A stretch of DNA of 64,000 bases, from positions 20,583 through 84,582 of the forward strand of contig JARFVT010000012.1 of NCBI GenBank assembly GCA_036677425.1, in the 5' to 3' direction. Positions 29,316 through 37,818 of the stretch are shown here, piece after piece. The notes below the pieces were generated by a model, which saw only the letters and a list, made by a program, of their open reading frames with translations, made no database searches and was not told where the DNA came from. This DNA is from Alphaproteobacteria bacterium. GTDB taxonomy: Bacteria > Pseudomonadota > Alphaproteobacteria > UBA8366 > Aestuariispiraceae. The stretch's first letter is position 1. Each line of letters starts with the position of its first letter. The position numbers were made by a program, and so were the translations under genes.

Positions 29316-29690
29316 TTAACGAATAAAATCATCATCTTTTATTTTATCACTAGTTTTATTGTCGGGATATAAACGTTCAAACCCTTGGCTAACCTTACGG
29401 ATAGTTTCTGGGTCTTTTTCACGCCAATAACGTGGATCGCGCATCATTTTTTGTAGGGCTTCTTCTGACTTTTTTAATTCATCAGGGTCATCATCTTTAA
29501 TCAATGGCCCCAATATTTGCCACATGCCTTGACCAAATGCCTTGGACAGTAATTCTGCGGCACGCGGGGTTATAATATCATCAATTTCCTGCATTTCCAT
29601 CTGGTTTAAATTATGCAAAGAATTGCGCATAAGGTCGATGGTTAATTCTTGATCACTGATTTCTGTTTCATTCATATTTATATCATTCAT
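29316..29690 (-). CDS. Short paralog of the scaffold-like protein (shares only the C-terminal motif)
   Basis: 124 aa. The C-terminus EEALQKMMRDPRYWREKDPETIRKVSQGFERLYP parallels EDSLRQLMNDKRYWRERDPKIIQQVSEGFKRLYP of ORF 29765..30514. Confidence 0.5.
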   Translation of the reverse strand: MNDINMNETEISDQELTIDLMRNSLHNLNQMEMQEIDDIITPRAAELLSKAFGQGMWQILGPLIKDDDPDELKKSEEALQKMMRDPRYWREKDPETIRKVSQGFERLYPDNKTSDKIKDDDFIR

Positions 29691-29764
29691 GATTTTACCT
29701 TTTAATATTTTAATATTTTGATATAGTTGATTATATTATTTATGTGAATATTGATATGTTTAGT

Positions 29765-30514
29765 TTATGATGGGTATAGACGCTTAAAGCCTTCGCTTAC
29801 CTGTTGAATAATTTTCGGGTCGCGTTCGCGCCAATAACGTTTGTCATTCATTAATTGACGAAGGCTATCTTCAGTTGGGATTTCATCAATATTACCGCCG
29901 CCTAATAATGACGGTTCATCACCTTGGCCCATCATTTTATGCATTGCCTTAATACCATCAACAGAGGCAGATAACGCATCATAAGCATCATTAGGTAAAT
30001 TATTTTCACCCCATTTTCTTATTTGCTGGCTTATTTCATGCCATTTTTCATTGCCACCAAAATGGCTTTCCAGCTTTGCATTGGCAGTTTCAGATTCCAA
30101 TTTATCAGATATTCTTTGTATCATTGGCATTATTTCCACCGCCGCCAAATCATAAACCAATTGCGCTTGGTCTTGATTAAAATTTGCATCATGCAATAAT
30201 TTATTAATATGCGGATCATTATTTAAAAATTCACTGGCAATATCAATTTCATATTCATCGGCCGTTTTTGGCATGTTAATTGAATTAATATGGGTTTTTA
30301 ATATTTCATCATCACCATTTCTATCCTTTAAATTGCTTTGACTAGAAAATCGTCGCTCCATTTCTGCATATGATTTGGCAAGATTCTCTACTAGAATTTC
30401 ACCTTTTTGTTTATTCCAAAATTTTACTGGAATAAACTCTGGGCGCTTGTCATTATCACCAATATTATCAATATTTACCTCTTTTATATCTTCCTTAACT
30501 TCATTTTTATTCAT
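29765..30514 (-). CDS. Phage capsid-assembly (scaffolding)-like protein
   Basis: 249 aa, acidic and helical. RPEFIPVKFWNKQKGEILVENLAKSYAEMERRF resembles podovirus scaffold N-termini. It is positioned after the portal as in T7 (gp8-gp9). Confidence 0.55.
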   Translation of the reverse strand: MNKNEVKEDIKEVNIDNIGDNDKRPEFIPVKFWNKQKGEILVENLAKSYAEMERRFSSQSNLKDRNGDDEILKTHINSINMPKTADEYEIDIASEFLNNDPHINKLLHDANFNQDQAQLVYDLAAVEIMPMIQRISDKLESETANAKLESHFGGNEKWHEISQQIRKWGENNLPNDAYDALSASVDGIKAMHKMMGQGDEPSLLGGGNIDEIPTEDSLRQLMNDKRYWRERDPKIIQQVSEGFKRLYPS

Positions 30515-30538
30515 ATTTTGTTCCTTTCCAGTTAAAAA

Positions 30539-30820
30539 CTATGCTAAACCACGGGCAATTAAATTTATAATATATAAAACCAATTGCCGTTGGCCCTCTA
30601 GATGGCGTAATCCATTATTATCATTTCCAGAAGATAATGCCCGCTCAAGGGTTAATTTACGTAAATGACCCAATGCTAATTCGCCATCAATACCGCTAAA
30701 ACAACGGCTAAAGGCCTTGGCAAGCCCTAATCGATCATCATCATTAATATTACCATTATGATTATGATTATGATTATGATTATCATCACCCCAAAGCCAG
30801 TCATCAATTAAATTTTCCAT
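30539..30820 (-). CDS. Bbp19-like small phage protein carrying an (HN)5 repeat
   Basis: The pattern FSGIDGELALGHLRKLT...HLEGQRQLVLYIINLI resembles Bbp19-type proteins of BPP-1-like podoviruses. The start is taken at ATG 30818-30820, overlapping the portal stop (TAATG). The track ORF starts 5 codons earlier. Confidence 0.5.
   Translation of the reverse strand: MENLIDDWLWGDDNHNHNHNHNGNINDDDRLGLAKAFSRCFSGIDGELALGHLRKLTLERALSSGNDNNGLRHLEGQRQLVLYIINLIARGLA
30755..30784. repeat. Hexanucleotide microsatellite (ATTATG)x4 + ATTATC, coding (His-Asn)n
   Basis: Read directly. It encodes DNHNHNHNHNHNGN on the minus strand. Confidence 0.92.
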
Positions 30821-32457
30821 TATATTTCCTTCCAACTATTAAGCAGGTTTATTTGGCTAGATATGGTATTAAAATCAGCAGCAGCGGCATTATTAGATAA
30901 AATATTAGTAGGTGTTTTTTCATTAATTAACCCTAATTGATCAATATCATCCATTAAATCATCGGCAATATTAATTTCGGGTATTTCATTGAGTAATTTG
31001 GCAGGAATATCATAAATATTAGCTAACCATTTTGTAACTTCCACCGCATTTATCATCGCCGCAGCCTGTGGCCCTATCGCTGTTGTCGCTTGCAACCAAT
31101 TTGTCACTGCCGTTGCCCGCCTTTGCCGTTGTTTTTGTGCCAATGGAGATATAATTTCAATATCCGCCATATGCCCATCCAAATTAATATTGGCGATTTC
31201 ACCGCGCCGCTTTAAAATTGAAATGGCGCGTTCAGCCAATGGCAATAGTAATTCCGCTTGTAACCTGCCATATGTCGCAGCTAATTGCTGGCTCATCATG
31301 GTGGATCGCTCTATAACCTCGGTCGCACTCATGCGCGGGCTTTCAATCGGGGTAAATTGATCAGCCAGCAAACCATGGCGAATTCTTTTACGTAAATCTT
31401 CTAAAATCAATTGTGATGTATTGAATTCTGCGGGTGATTTTAACGGTTGCAAGCCGCTTGACCCGACTGCCTTTGGAATTATTGCTCCTGGGACTAATTT
31501 AATAGTTGCAGGGTTTAAAACTCCATCATCATCCGCTTGCCAAATTCCTGTAACGGCAATAGTGGCATTTTTTAATATCAACTCCACTACCTTATTGGCG
31601 GTTTTAACATCGGGAAGAACTTTCATCATCGGTGATCTACCATATTCTTCACCAGGGGCTTTTATCCAACGAAAATTTATGAATGGTGATTGATTATACT
31701 TACCATTCGCCAAAATTATAGGATTTCTATCACCGCCCATATGATCGCAAAGAATCGCAATATATTGATATATGCCGTTATTATCGGGGCAAACAGCCTC
31801 GATCACGCTATAATCATCATCTATTATATTTTTACCATTATCATTATTGACAATATCATCGGGCAGTTTTGCGTCAGGAAAGCGCATTTGTAATTGTGAT
31901 TTTGTTAATTTTGATTTACGAAAGGTGGTATCAAGCCTGCCATTAATACCTTCTTCAAATATTACTTCAATCATTGGTATTGCGGTAAATTTAAACGCGC
32001 TTCGATGCCCAAGTGGCGCTTCTTCCAGCAATAAGCACGCCGTGCCAATGGTGGCTAAATCCAAAAAACATTGATGCAATTCAACAATTATATTGGAGCG
32101 ATCAAAATGATATTGCAATATTTCTGCTGATTTTTCTAATTTATCCTTATTTTGCTCATGTAACATTTCATCATCTAGGGCACATTTACCCGCAATAATA
32201 TTAAACCATCTTGACCATGCTGGCGTTAATTCACTCATTAATGATGCCGCCAATTGTTCGACTGCATCACCCGCCGTTGCATCAAATAACCGTTGTTGTT
32301 TTTTACCACCATCGGCATCTTCCGATACGGCACCGTCGCGCCGTGGCAAGGCATAATCATAACATTCTTGCCAATGGGATTCCCATACTGAACGTTTAGA
32401 CTTTGCCGCATCAAAGCGCTTTATTATTGTTTCTGCGTCCAAATTATTTGCCTCCAT
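30820..32457 (-). CDS. T7-like head-to-tail connector (portal) protein, full length
   Basis: 545 aa. WESHWQECYDYALPRRD, DAVEQLAASLMSELTPAWSRWF, EEYGRSPMMKVLPDVKTANKV and ATEVIERSTMMSQQLAATYGRLQAELLLPLAERAISILK align by eye with T7 gp8 regions. Confidence 0.85.
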   Translation of the reverse strand: MEANNLDAETIIKRFDAAKSKRSVWESHWQECYDYALPRRDGAVSEDADGGKKQQRLFDATAGDAVEQLAASLMSELTPAWSRWFNIIAGKCALDDEMLHEQNKDKLEKSAEILQYHFDRSNIIVELHQCFLDLATIGTACLLLEEAPLGHRSAFKFTAIPMIEVIFEEGINGRLDTTFRKSKLTKSQLQMRFPDAKLPDDIVNNDNGKNIIDDDYSVIEAVCPDNNGIYQYIAILCDHMGGDRNPIILANGKYNQSPFINFRWIKAPGEEYGRSPMMKVLPDVKTANKVVELILKNATIAVTGIWQADDDGVLNPATIKLVPGAIIPKAVGSSGLQPLKSPAEFNTSQLILEDLRKRIRHGLLADQFTPIESPRMSATEVIERSTMMSQQLAATYGRLQAELLLPLAERAISILKRRGEIANINLDGHMADIEIISPLAQKQRQRRATAVTNWLQATTAIGPQAAAMINAVEVTKWLANIYDIPAKLLNEIPEINIADDLMDDIDQLGLINEKTPTNILSNNAAAADFNTISSQINLLNSWKEI

Positions 32458-32459
32458 TC

Positions 32460-32744
32460 CTATTCCCCCAGTAATTTCTTGCCAGTATTTTTACGCTCAC
32501 TATTATTTAACTCTAATCCACGCCATGAAGAATGAATTGTACCCATGCGACCACGGCGGCGGCGTTTAATTTCGCCTAACCTTGCTTCGCGTTCTTCAAT
32601 AACCAAGTTTTTCTTCTCAACAACCGATTGTGATATTTGTGGTTTTGGCGGTTTTGGTATTTCTGGTGGTTTTGGCGGCAATAATAATGTTTTCTGCCTT
32701 ACTGGTTTAATAATATTTTTCATAACTCTGACTATTCCACCCAT
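32460..32744 (-). CDS. Small basic, proline-rich phage-associated protein
   Basis: 94 aa with PPKPPEIPKPPKPQ and RRRRGRMGTIHSSWRGL. Its stop abuts the portal start. Confidence 0.45.
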   Translation of the reverse strand: MGGIVRVMKNIIKPVRQKTLLLPPKPPEIPKPPKPQISQSVVEKKNLVIEEREARLGEIKRRRRGRMGTIHSSWRGLELNNSERKNTGKKLLGE

Positions 32745-32768
32745 ATTATTTCTCCTTTATTGGGTTAT

Positions 32769-33191
32769 TTAAATATATTTATTCGTGTTTTGTTCCTTTA
32801 AATGGCAAAATAATTGCCATGGGGTTAATAAAAACCACCGATGAATTCCAAGTAAGCGTTTTATCGCCTCGACACATGTATAGGGTAAAATAGGTGCCAT
32901 TTTTTCTGGTAATTCAGTTAATATTATTGTTTCAATAATCTCACATCCTGCATTGCTATATAAAATCATTATTTTATCTTTTTCCAAATGACCTAAATAT
33001 TGAATGATCGATCGATTTGATAGCGGGTCATAAACTATCCAACCTTTTGATTGTTCAATAAAGGCAAAACAATGACGATAACCATATTTTAAATATTTTA
33101 AAAACCAAATATCACTTTGATCAGAAAATATAATGATTACCTTTGTTGGCCTTATCTTTGTTGAAATTTGTAATAGAATATCTTTGTTCAT
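32769..33191 (-). CDS. Hypothetical protein, first gene of the phage-like cluster
   Basis: 140 aa. The ordered residues GYRHCFAF...VYDP...PYTCVEAIKRLLGI...TPWQLF hint at a permuted papain-like (His...Asp...Cys) fold. This is speculative. Confidence 0.45.
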   Translation of the reverse strand: MNKDILLQISTKIRPTKVIIIFSDQSDIWFLKYLKYGYRHCFAFIEQSKGWIVYDPLSNRSIIQYLGHLEKDKIMILYSNAGCEIIETIILTELPEKMAPILPYTCVEAIKRLLGIHRWFLLTPWQLFCHLKEQNTNKYI

Positions 33192-33414
33192 AGTTTGTTC
33201 TTATTTAACAAAATAAATTTATCTAGGTTAATATTAAATGCAATATATATTGGGATGATTATATTAAATTCTTATATACATCTTTTAAGAGAATGTCAAT
33301 ATATTACTTCTATTTTTTAGATAAATATTGACGTTAATTATATTTGGCAGAAAAAATTAGACCTGCTATAAATATTCAATAAAATTTAATTATACATATT
33401 TAAAGGATATAATT

Positions 33415-34176
33415 ATGGATATTAATGGCATTGGCGCAGTTGTAACTGGTGGTGCATCTGGCCTTGGGGAAGCTGCGGCACGCATATTAGCAAATAATGG
33501 CGCGAATGTCGCAATATTGGACATGTCAATCGATAGAGCAGAAATTATTGCCAATGATATTGGTGCAATTGCCATTGAATGCGATGTTAGCGATGCCAAA
33601 TCAGTCGAAAATGCCTTTATTAAGGCCAAAGAAAAAAATGGTCTTTGTGGCTTAGCCATCAGCTGCGCCGGCATTGCACCTGCTACACGAATTGTCGGGC
33701 GTGATGGCCCGATGCCACTTGATGATTTTGAACAGGTGATTAAAATAAACTTAATTGGCAGCTTTAATATAATGCGTATAGCCGCCAGCCAAATGGCAGA
33801 ACGGCCCGCCAATATTGATGGCGAACGTGGCGTTATAATTAACACCGCATCGGTTGCCGCCTATGAAGGACAAATAGGCCAAGCAGCATATGCAGCATCA
33901 AAAGGCGGTATTGTATCATTAACATTACCCGCCGCAAGGGAATTTGCCAAAACTGGTATCAGGGTGAATGCCATTGCCCCCGGCCTTTTTGGTACGCCGA
34001 TGTTATTATCGATGCCACAGGAAGTACAAGAAAGCCTTGCCGCAACTTTGCCATTTCCTAAACGTTTTGGCACGCCGATGGAATATGCCAAACTTGTCTT
34101 GCATCTTATTGATAATCCAATCATCAATGGCGAGGTAATAAGGATTGATAATGCCATTCGCATGCAAGCTCGATAG
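33415..34176 (+). CDS. Short-chain dehydrogenase/reductase, 3-hydroxyacyl-CoA dehydrogenase type-2-like
   Basis: TGGASGLG Rossmann motif, NTASVAAYEGQIGQAAYAASK catalytic YxxxK, 253 aa. Confidence 0.9.
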   Translation: MDINGIGAVVTGGASGLGEAAARILANNGANVAILDMSIDRAEIIANDIGAIAIECDVSDAKSVENAFIKAKEKNGLCGLAISCAGIAPATRIVGRDGPMPLDDFEQVIKINLIGSFNIMRIAASQMAERPANIDGERGVIINTASVAAYEGQIGQAAYAASKGGIVSLTLPAAREFAKTGIRVNAIAPGLFGTPMLLSMPQEVQESLAATLPFPKRFGTPMEYAKLVLHLIDNPIINGEVIRIDNAIRMQAR

Positions 34177-34213
34177 ATTTAAACATCCAACAAATAATGG
34201 TTGTTAATGAAGC

Positions 34214-35755
34214 TTAAACTAATGCACCAATACGCCACGGCACGAATTCCACACCGCCAAATCCTAGTGCCTCGCTTTTTGTTTTCTCGCCAGAAGCAAT
34301 CTTTATGAAATAATCAAATATTTCCTGACCTTTTTCTTCAAGACTAATGCCTTGAGAAATAATTCCACCACAATTTATATCCATATCTTCTAATAAACGA
34401 TAAAACATGTCATCATTAGAAGAAATCTTGATACAAGGGGAAGGTTTATATCCTGAAACAGAGCCACGACCAGTGGTGAAGCAAATTAAATTTGCCCCCG
34501 AAGCAATTTGCCCAGTAACAGAACAAGGGTCATATCCAGGGCTATCCATAAAAACAAAACCTTTATTTTCCAGCTTCTCGCCATATTTATATACACCAGA
34601 CATAGGTGCCGATCCGCCTTTAGCAACAGCACCTAAAGATTTCTCTAAAATAGTAGTAAGGCCACCGCGTTTATTGCCAGGTGTAGGGTTATTATCCATT
34701 TTACTATCATTACGTTTTGTATAATCTTCCCACCAGCGAATTCTTTCAATTAATTTTTCCCCTATTTCTTTAGAGGCGGCCCGACGAGTTAAAAGATGTT
34801 CGGCACCATATATTTCAGATGTTTCTGATAGAATAGTTGTACCGCCATGTCGAACCAGTAAATCAGACGCTATGCCAAGGGCTGGGTTAGCCGTTATGCC
34901 AGATAATCCGTCCGACCCGCCACATTGCATGCCAATAACTAATTCCGATAATGGGCAAGCTTGCCTAGTATATTCATTGGCCTCAAACGCAAGATTTTTA
35001 ACGATCTCAATTCCTTGTTCAATGCTTTTTCTTGTGCCGCCTGCATCTTGGATAATTAAATGTTTGAGCAATTTATCATTACGCAGCTGCCCTTGCTCAA
35101 TAAGGCTTGGCACTTGCATAACTTCGCATCCTAAACCAAGCAATAAGATTGCTCCAAAATTGGGATGCTGAGTATAGCCCGTTAAAGTTCTAAATAATGT
35201 TCTATATCCTTCGTCATTAGAACCAATACCACAACCACCAGAATGAGTGATAGGGACAATACCATCAATATTATTCAATTTGGCGAACCAATCAGATTTC
35301 TCAACCTGTTCAGCAATCAAACGTGCAACTGTGCCAGAACAATTCACAGATGTAATTATACCTATATAGTTACGTGTTCCAACACGACCATCTTCACGTT
35401 TAAATCCTTGAAAGGTTTTTACTTCTTTAAATATGGCAAGCGGTGTATTTGCTGTGGCATGCGCGTAATCCTGTGCATGATCTCCCATAATGCAATTATG
35501 TGAATGGACATGCTCACCAAAGGATATATCTTTATTCGCAACACCAATAATTTGACCATAGCGAAATATATTTTCACCATTTTTAATATCGCATGAGGCT
35601 ATCTTGTGGCCCCTAGTAATTTTTATCTTTAATTCATAGTTATTTAGAATACCGACCCTGTCTCCTACTATAAAATCACAAAGCGCAACTACAATATTAT
35701 CTGCTTTATTCAATCGTATTGCCGTGGGGGCTGCGGTGTCATTGTTTATTTCCAT
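34214..35755 (-). CDS. UxaA-family sugar-acid dehydratase (altronate/galactarate dehydratase-like)
   Basis: 513 aa with an N-terminal SAF domain (VVALCDFIVGDRV...RGHKIA...GENIFRYGQIIG) and C-terminal GCEVMQ...QCGGSDG... motifs. Confidence 0.88.
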   Translation of the reverse strand: MEINNDTAAPTAIRLNKADNIVVALCDFIVGDRVGILNNYELKIKITRGHKIASCDIKNGENIFRYGQIIGVANKDISFGEHVHSHNCIMGDHAQDYAHATANTPLAIFKEVKTFQGFKREDGRVGTRNYIGIITSVNCSGTVARLIAEQVEKSDWFAKLNNIDGIVPITHSGGCGIGSNDEGYRTLFRTLTGYTQHPNFGAILLLGLGCEVMQVPSLIEQGQLRNDKLLKHLIIQDAGGTRKSIEQGIEIVKNLAFEANEYTRQACPLSELVIGMQCGGSDGLSGITANPALGIASDLLVRHGGTTILSETSEIYGAEHLLTRRAASKEIGEKLIERIRWWEDYTKRNDSKMDNNPTPGNKRGGLTTILEKSLGAVAKGGSAPMSGVYKYGEKLENKGFVFMDSPGYDPCSVTGQIASGANLICFTTGRGSVSGYKPSPCIKISSNDDMFYRLLEDMDINCGGIISQGISLEEKGQEIFDYFIKIASGEKTKSEALGFGGVEFVPWRIGALV

Positions 35756-35817
35756 TAAAATTCGCTCCTAATTTTATTAGCATCTAATTTTTACAGCATG
35801 AGAATTAAGATCAAAGG

Positions 35818-35850
35818 TTGACATAACTTCTAGTCATGCTAACATGTTAG
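35818..35850 (+). promoter_or_regulatory. Candidate sigma70 promoter (TTGACA-16 nt-TAACAT) overlapped by the 12-bp palindrome CTAACATGTTAG
   Basis: TTGACA at 35818-35823, TAACAT at 35840-35845, perfect palindrome at 35839-35850. It sits in the divergent region between the dehydratase and GntR genes. Confidence 0.35.
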
Positions 35851-35912
35851 TATTACTAGTCAATGGATATATTTAAATCAAGGGTATATTTGATAAAAGC
35901 GAGAAATTTAAT

Positions 35913-36656
35913 ATGGCGTTAAAAATAAAATCAGTAGCTGAAGGTTATGGCTCTCTTTCTGAAAGAGTTTTTCAGTCCTTACGTCAGGCAATTTTATCTA
36001 TGGAAATGGCACCTGGAGAACGAATTGATAAAAAGGCTTTAGCCAAGCAGTTAGGCGTATCTTTATTCCCAGTATCCGAAGCAATAACTCAATTATCATC
36101 CGAAGGAATTGTCGAGGTTTATCCTCAAGCTGGCACTTATGTGGCATCATTTTCCATGCGTGAAATTCAAGAAGGATGGTTTTTGCGCGTGGCATTGGAA
36201 ACTGCGGCTATTGAGCGTGTTGCGGAAATAGCAACAGATGAACAGATAGTGGAATTAGAGCGTAATTTCCGTATTCAAGAAATGTTGGCAAATGATGGTG
36301 ATGGTGATGGTTTCTTTGCCCTAGATGAAAAAATGCACGAGCTTATCTTAAGCGCAACAGGATATCCTAAACTGGTTAGCTTAACACAAACCGTATGGCT
36401 TCAAGCCGAAAGGGCGCGTCATCTTTTTGCAAAAAGCCATGGCAGTACATTGGCTGCATTGGAAGAACATAGGGTTCTTATTAGGGCTATAGCGGAACAT
36501 AATCCAGAAAAAGCTAGGCAAGGCATGAAGATTCATCTTGAGCGAGTTGCGGGTGAATTGCGCCAGCTTGGGGATACACGCCCCGATTTATTTGATTTAA
36601 GAAAAGAAAAAACACCTTTAAGGCTAATTAAAAAACCTGTGGAATGTATATTATAA
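35913..36656 (+). CDS. GntR-family (FadR/FCD subfamily) transcriptional regulator
   Basis: N-terminal wHTH (RVFQSLRQAILSMEMAPGERIDKKALAKQLGVSLFPVSEAITQLSSEGIV) and a helical FCD-like C-terminus. Confidence 0.9.
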   Translation: MALKIKSVAEGYGSLSERVFQSLRQAILSMEMAPGERIDKKALAKQLGVSLFPVSEAITQLSSEGIVEVYPQAGTYVASFSMREIQEGWFLRVALETAAIERVAEIATDEQIVELERNFRIQEMLANDGDGDGFFALDEKMHELILSATGYPKLVSLTQTVWLQAERARHLFAKSHGSTLAALEEHRVLIRAIAEHNPEKARQGMKIHLERVAGELRQLGDTRPDLFDLRKEKTPLRLIKKPVECIL

Positions 36657-36657
36657 G

Positions 36658-37719
36658 TTGGAGATTAAATTGAAAATTAATATTATTAATAATAGAAGCC
36701 CTAAACCTCTAAAAGTAACAGAAGTAGGGTTTGGCGGCGCAGGGCTTGGTAATCTTTTCCGTGAGGTTACGGAAGAAGATGCTCAATTAACACTGCAAGC
36801 AGCGTTTAATAATGGCGTTAGACATTTTGATACAGCGCCACAATATGGCCTTGGTATTTCTGAACGCAGAACAGGTGAGGCAATTGCCAAATTTGGTCGT
36901 GATAATGTAACCATCTCAACCAAGGTTGGTCGTTTATTGGAAGATTGCAGCCCCGATGAAGTAACACCGGAAGCCTTTGTAAATGTGCCGCAAAAAAAGA
37001 TTGTCTATGATTATTCTTATGACGGCATAATGAAAAGCCATGAGGCAAGCCTTAAACGATTAGCTGTTGATTATGTTGATATAATTCTTGCTCATGATGT
37101 TGGAGATATGTTTTCTTTTGGCGATCGTGCGCGTGCAGATGCCACCATTCGGCAATTATTTGATGGTGGTGGTTTTCGTGCCATGCAAGAATTAAAGGAT
37201 GCGGGGGCGGTTTCTGCCATTGGTGCGGGTGTTAATGAATGGGAAGTTTGTGAAACGCTTTTGACTGAAGGTGATTTTGATTGTTTCCTACTTGCAGGTC
37301 GTTACACATTATTAGAACAAGACCCGCTTAATAGCTTCTTCCCGTTATGTGAAAAGCGCGATGTAGGTATTATTTTGGGCGGTGCGTATAATTCAGGGAT
37401 TTTGGCGACAGGACCAATCGAAGGTGCCAAATATCAATATGCCCCTGCGTCTTATGAAATTTTAGAAAGAACGCGTAAAATTCAAGCTATATGCGAGTCA
37501 CATAAAATACCGCTAGCCCAAGCAGCATTACAATTCACTCTTTTACATCCTGTGGTAAAAGTTCTTATTCCTGGCGCTATGGCACAGCAAGAAGTTGAAA
37601 TGAATATGCGTTTATTCGATACGAAAGTTCCCCATGCCTTATGGGATGATCTTAAATCCCAAGGTTTGTTACGTGAGGATGCGCCTACTGGCGATGCTTC
37701 AAATGAAGCAACAGACTAA
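36658..37719 (+). CDS. Aldo/keto reductase (aldose 1-dehydrogenase-like)
   Basis: GFGGAGLGNLF...GVRHFDTAPQYG...ISTKVGR... are AKR motifs. TTG start in the track. Confidence 0.88.
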   Translation: MEIKLKINIINNRSPKPLKVTEVGFGGAGLGNLFREVTEEDAQLTLQAAFNNGVRHFDTAPQYGLGISERRTGEAIAKFGRDNVTISTKVGRLLEDCSPDEVTPEAFVNVPQKKIVYDYSYDGIMKSHEASLKRLAVDYVDIILAHDVGDMFSFGDRARADATIRQLFDGGGFRAMQELKDAGAVSAIGAGVNEWEVCETLLTEGDFDCFLLAGRYTLLEQDPLNSFFPLCEKRDVGIILGGAYNSGILATGPIEGAKYQYAPASYEILERTRKIQAICESHKIPLAQAALQFTLLHPVVKVLIPGAMAQQEVEMNMRLFDTKVPHALWDDLKSQGLLREDAPTGDASNEATD

Positions 37720-37739
37720 CTGGTCTATAACATAAGGAT

Positions 37740-37761
37740 ACATACCCTCACGGGGGTATGT
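37740..37761 (+). terminator. Hairpin after the AKR gene (weak terminator or attenuator candidate)
   Basis: ACATACCC/GGGTATGT 8-bp stem, 6-nt loop. It is followed by TCTAATATAT with no clean T-run. Confidence 0.3.
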
Positions 37762-37818
37762 TCTAATATATCGCTGCTGAAAATAAAAATAAATGCAGCA
37801 ATTGGAAAGGAAGTTATA

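Noticed and set aside
33192-33414. I looked for direct repeats or att-like sequences flanking the phage-like cluster by comparing 29194-29315 with 33192-33414.
   Set aside because: No shared repeat was visible by eye in these AT-rich spacers, so no att sites are claimed. A computational repeat search is needed.
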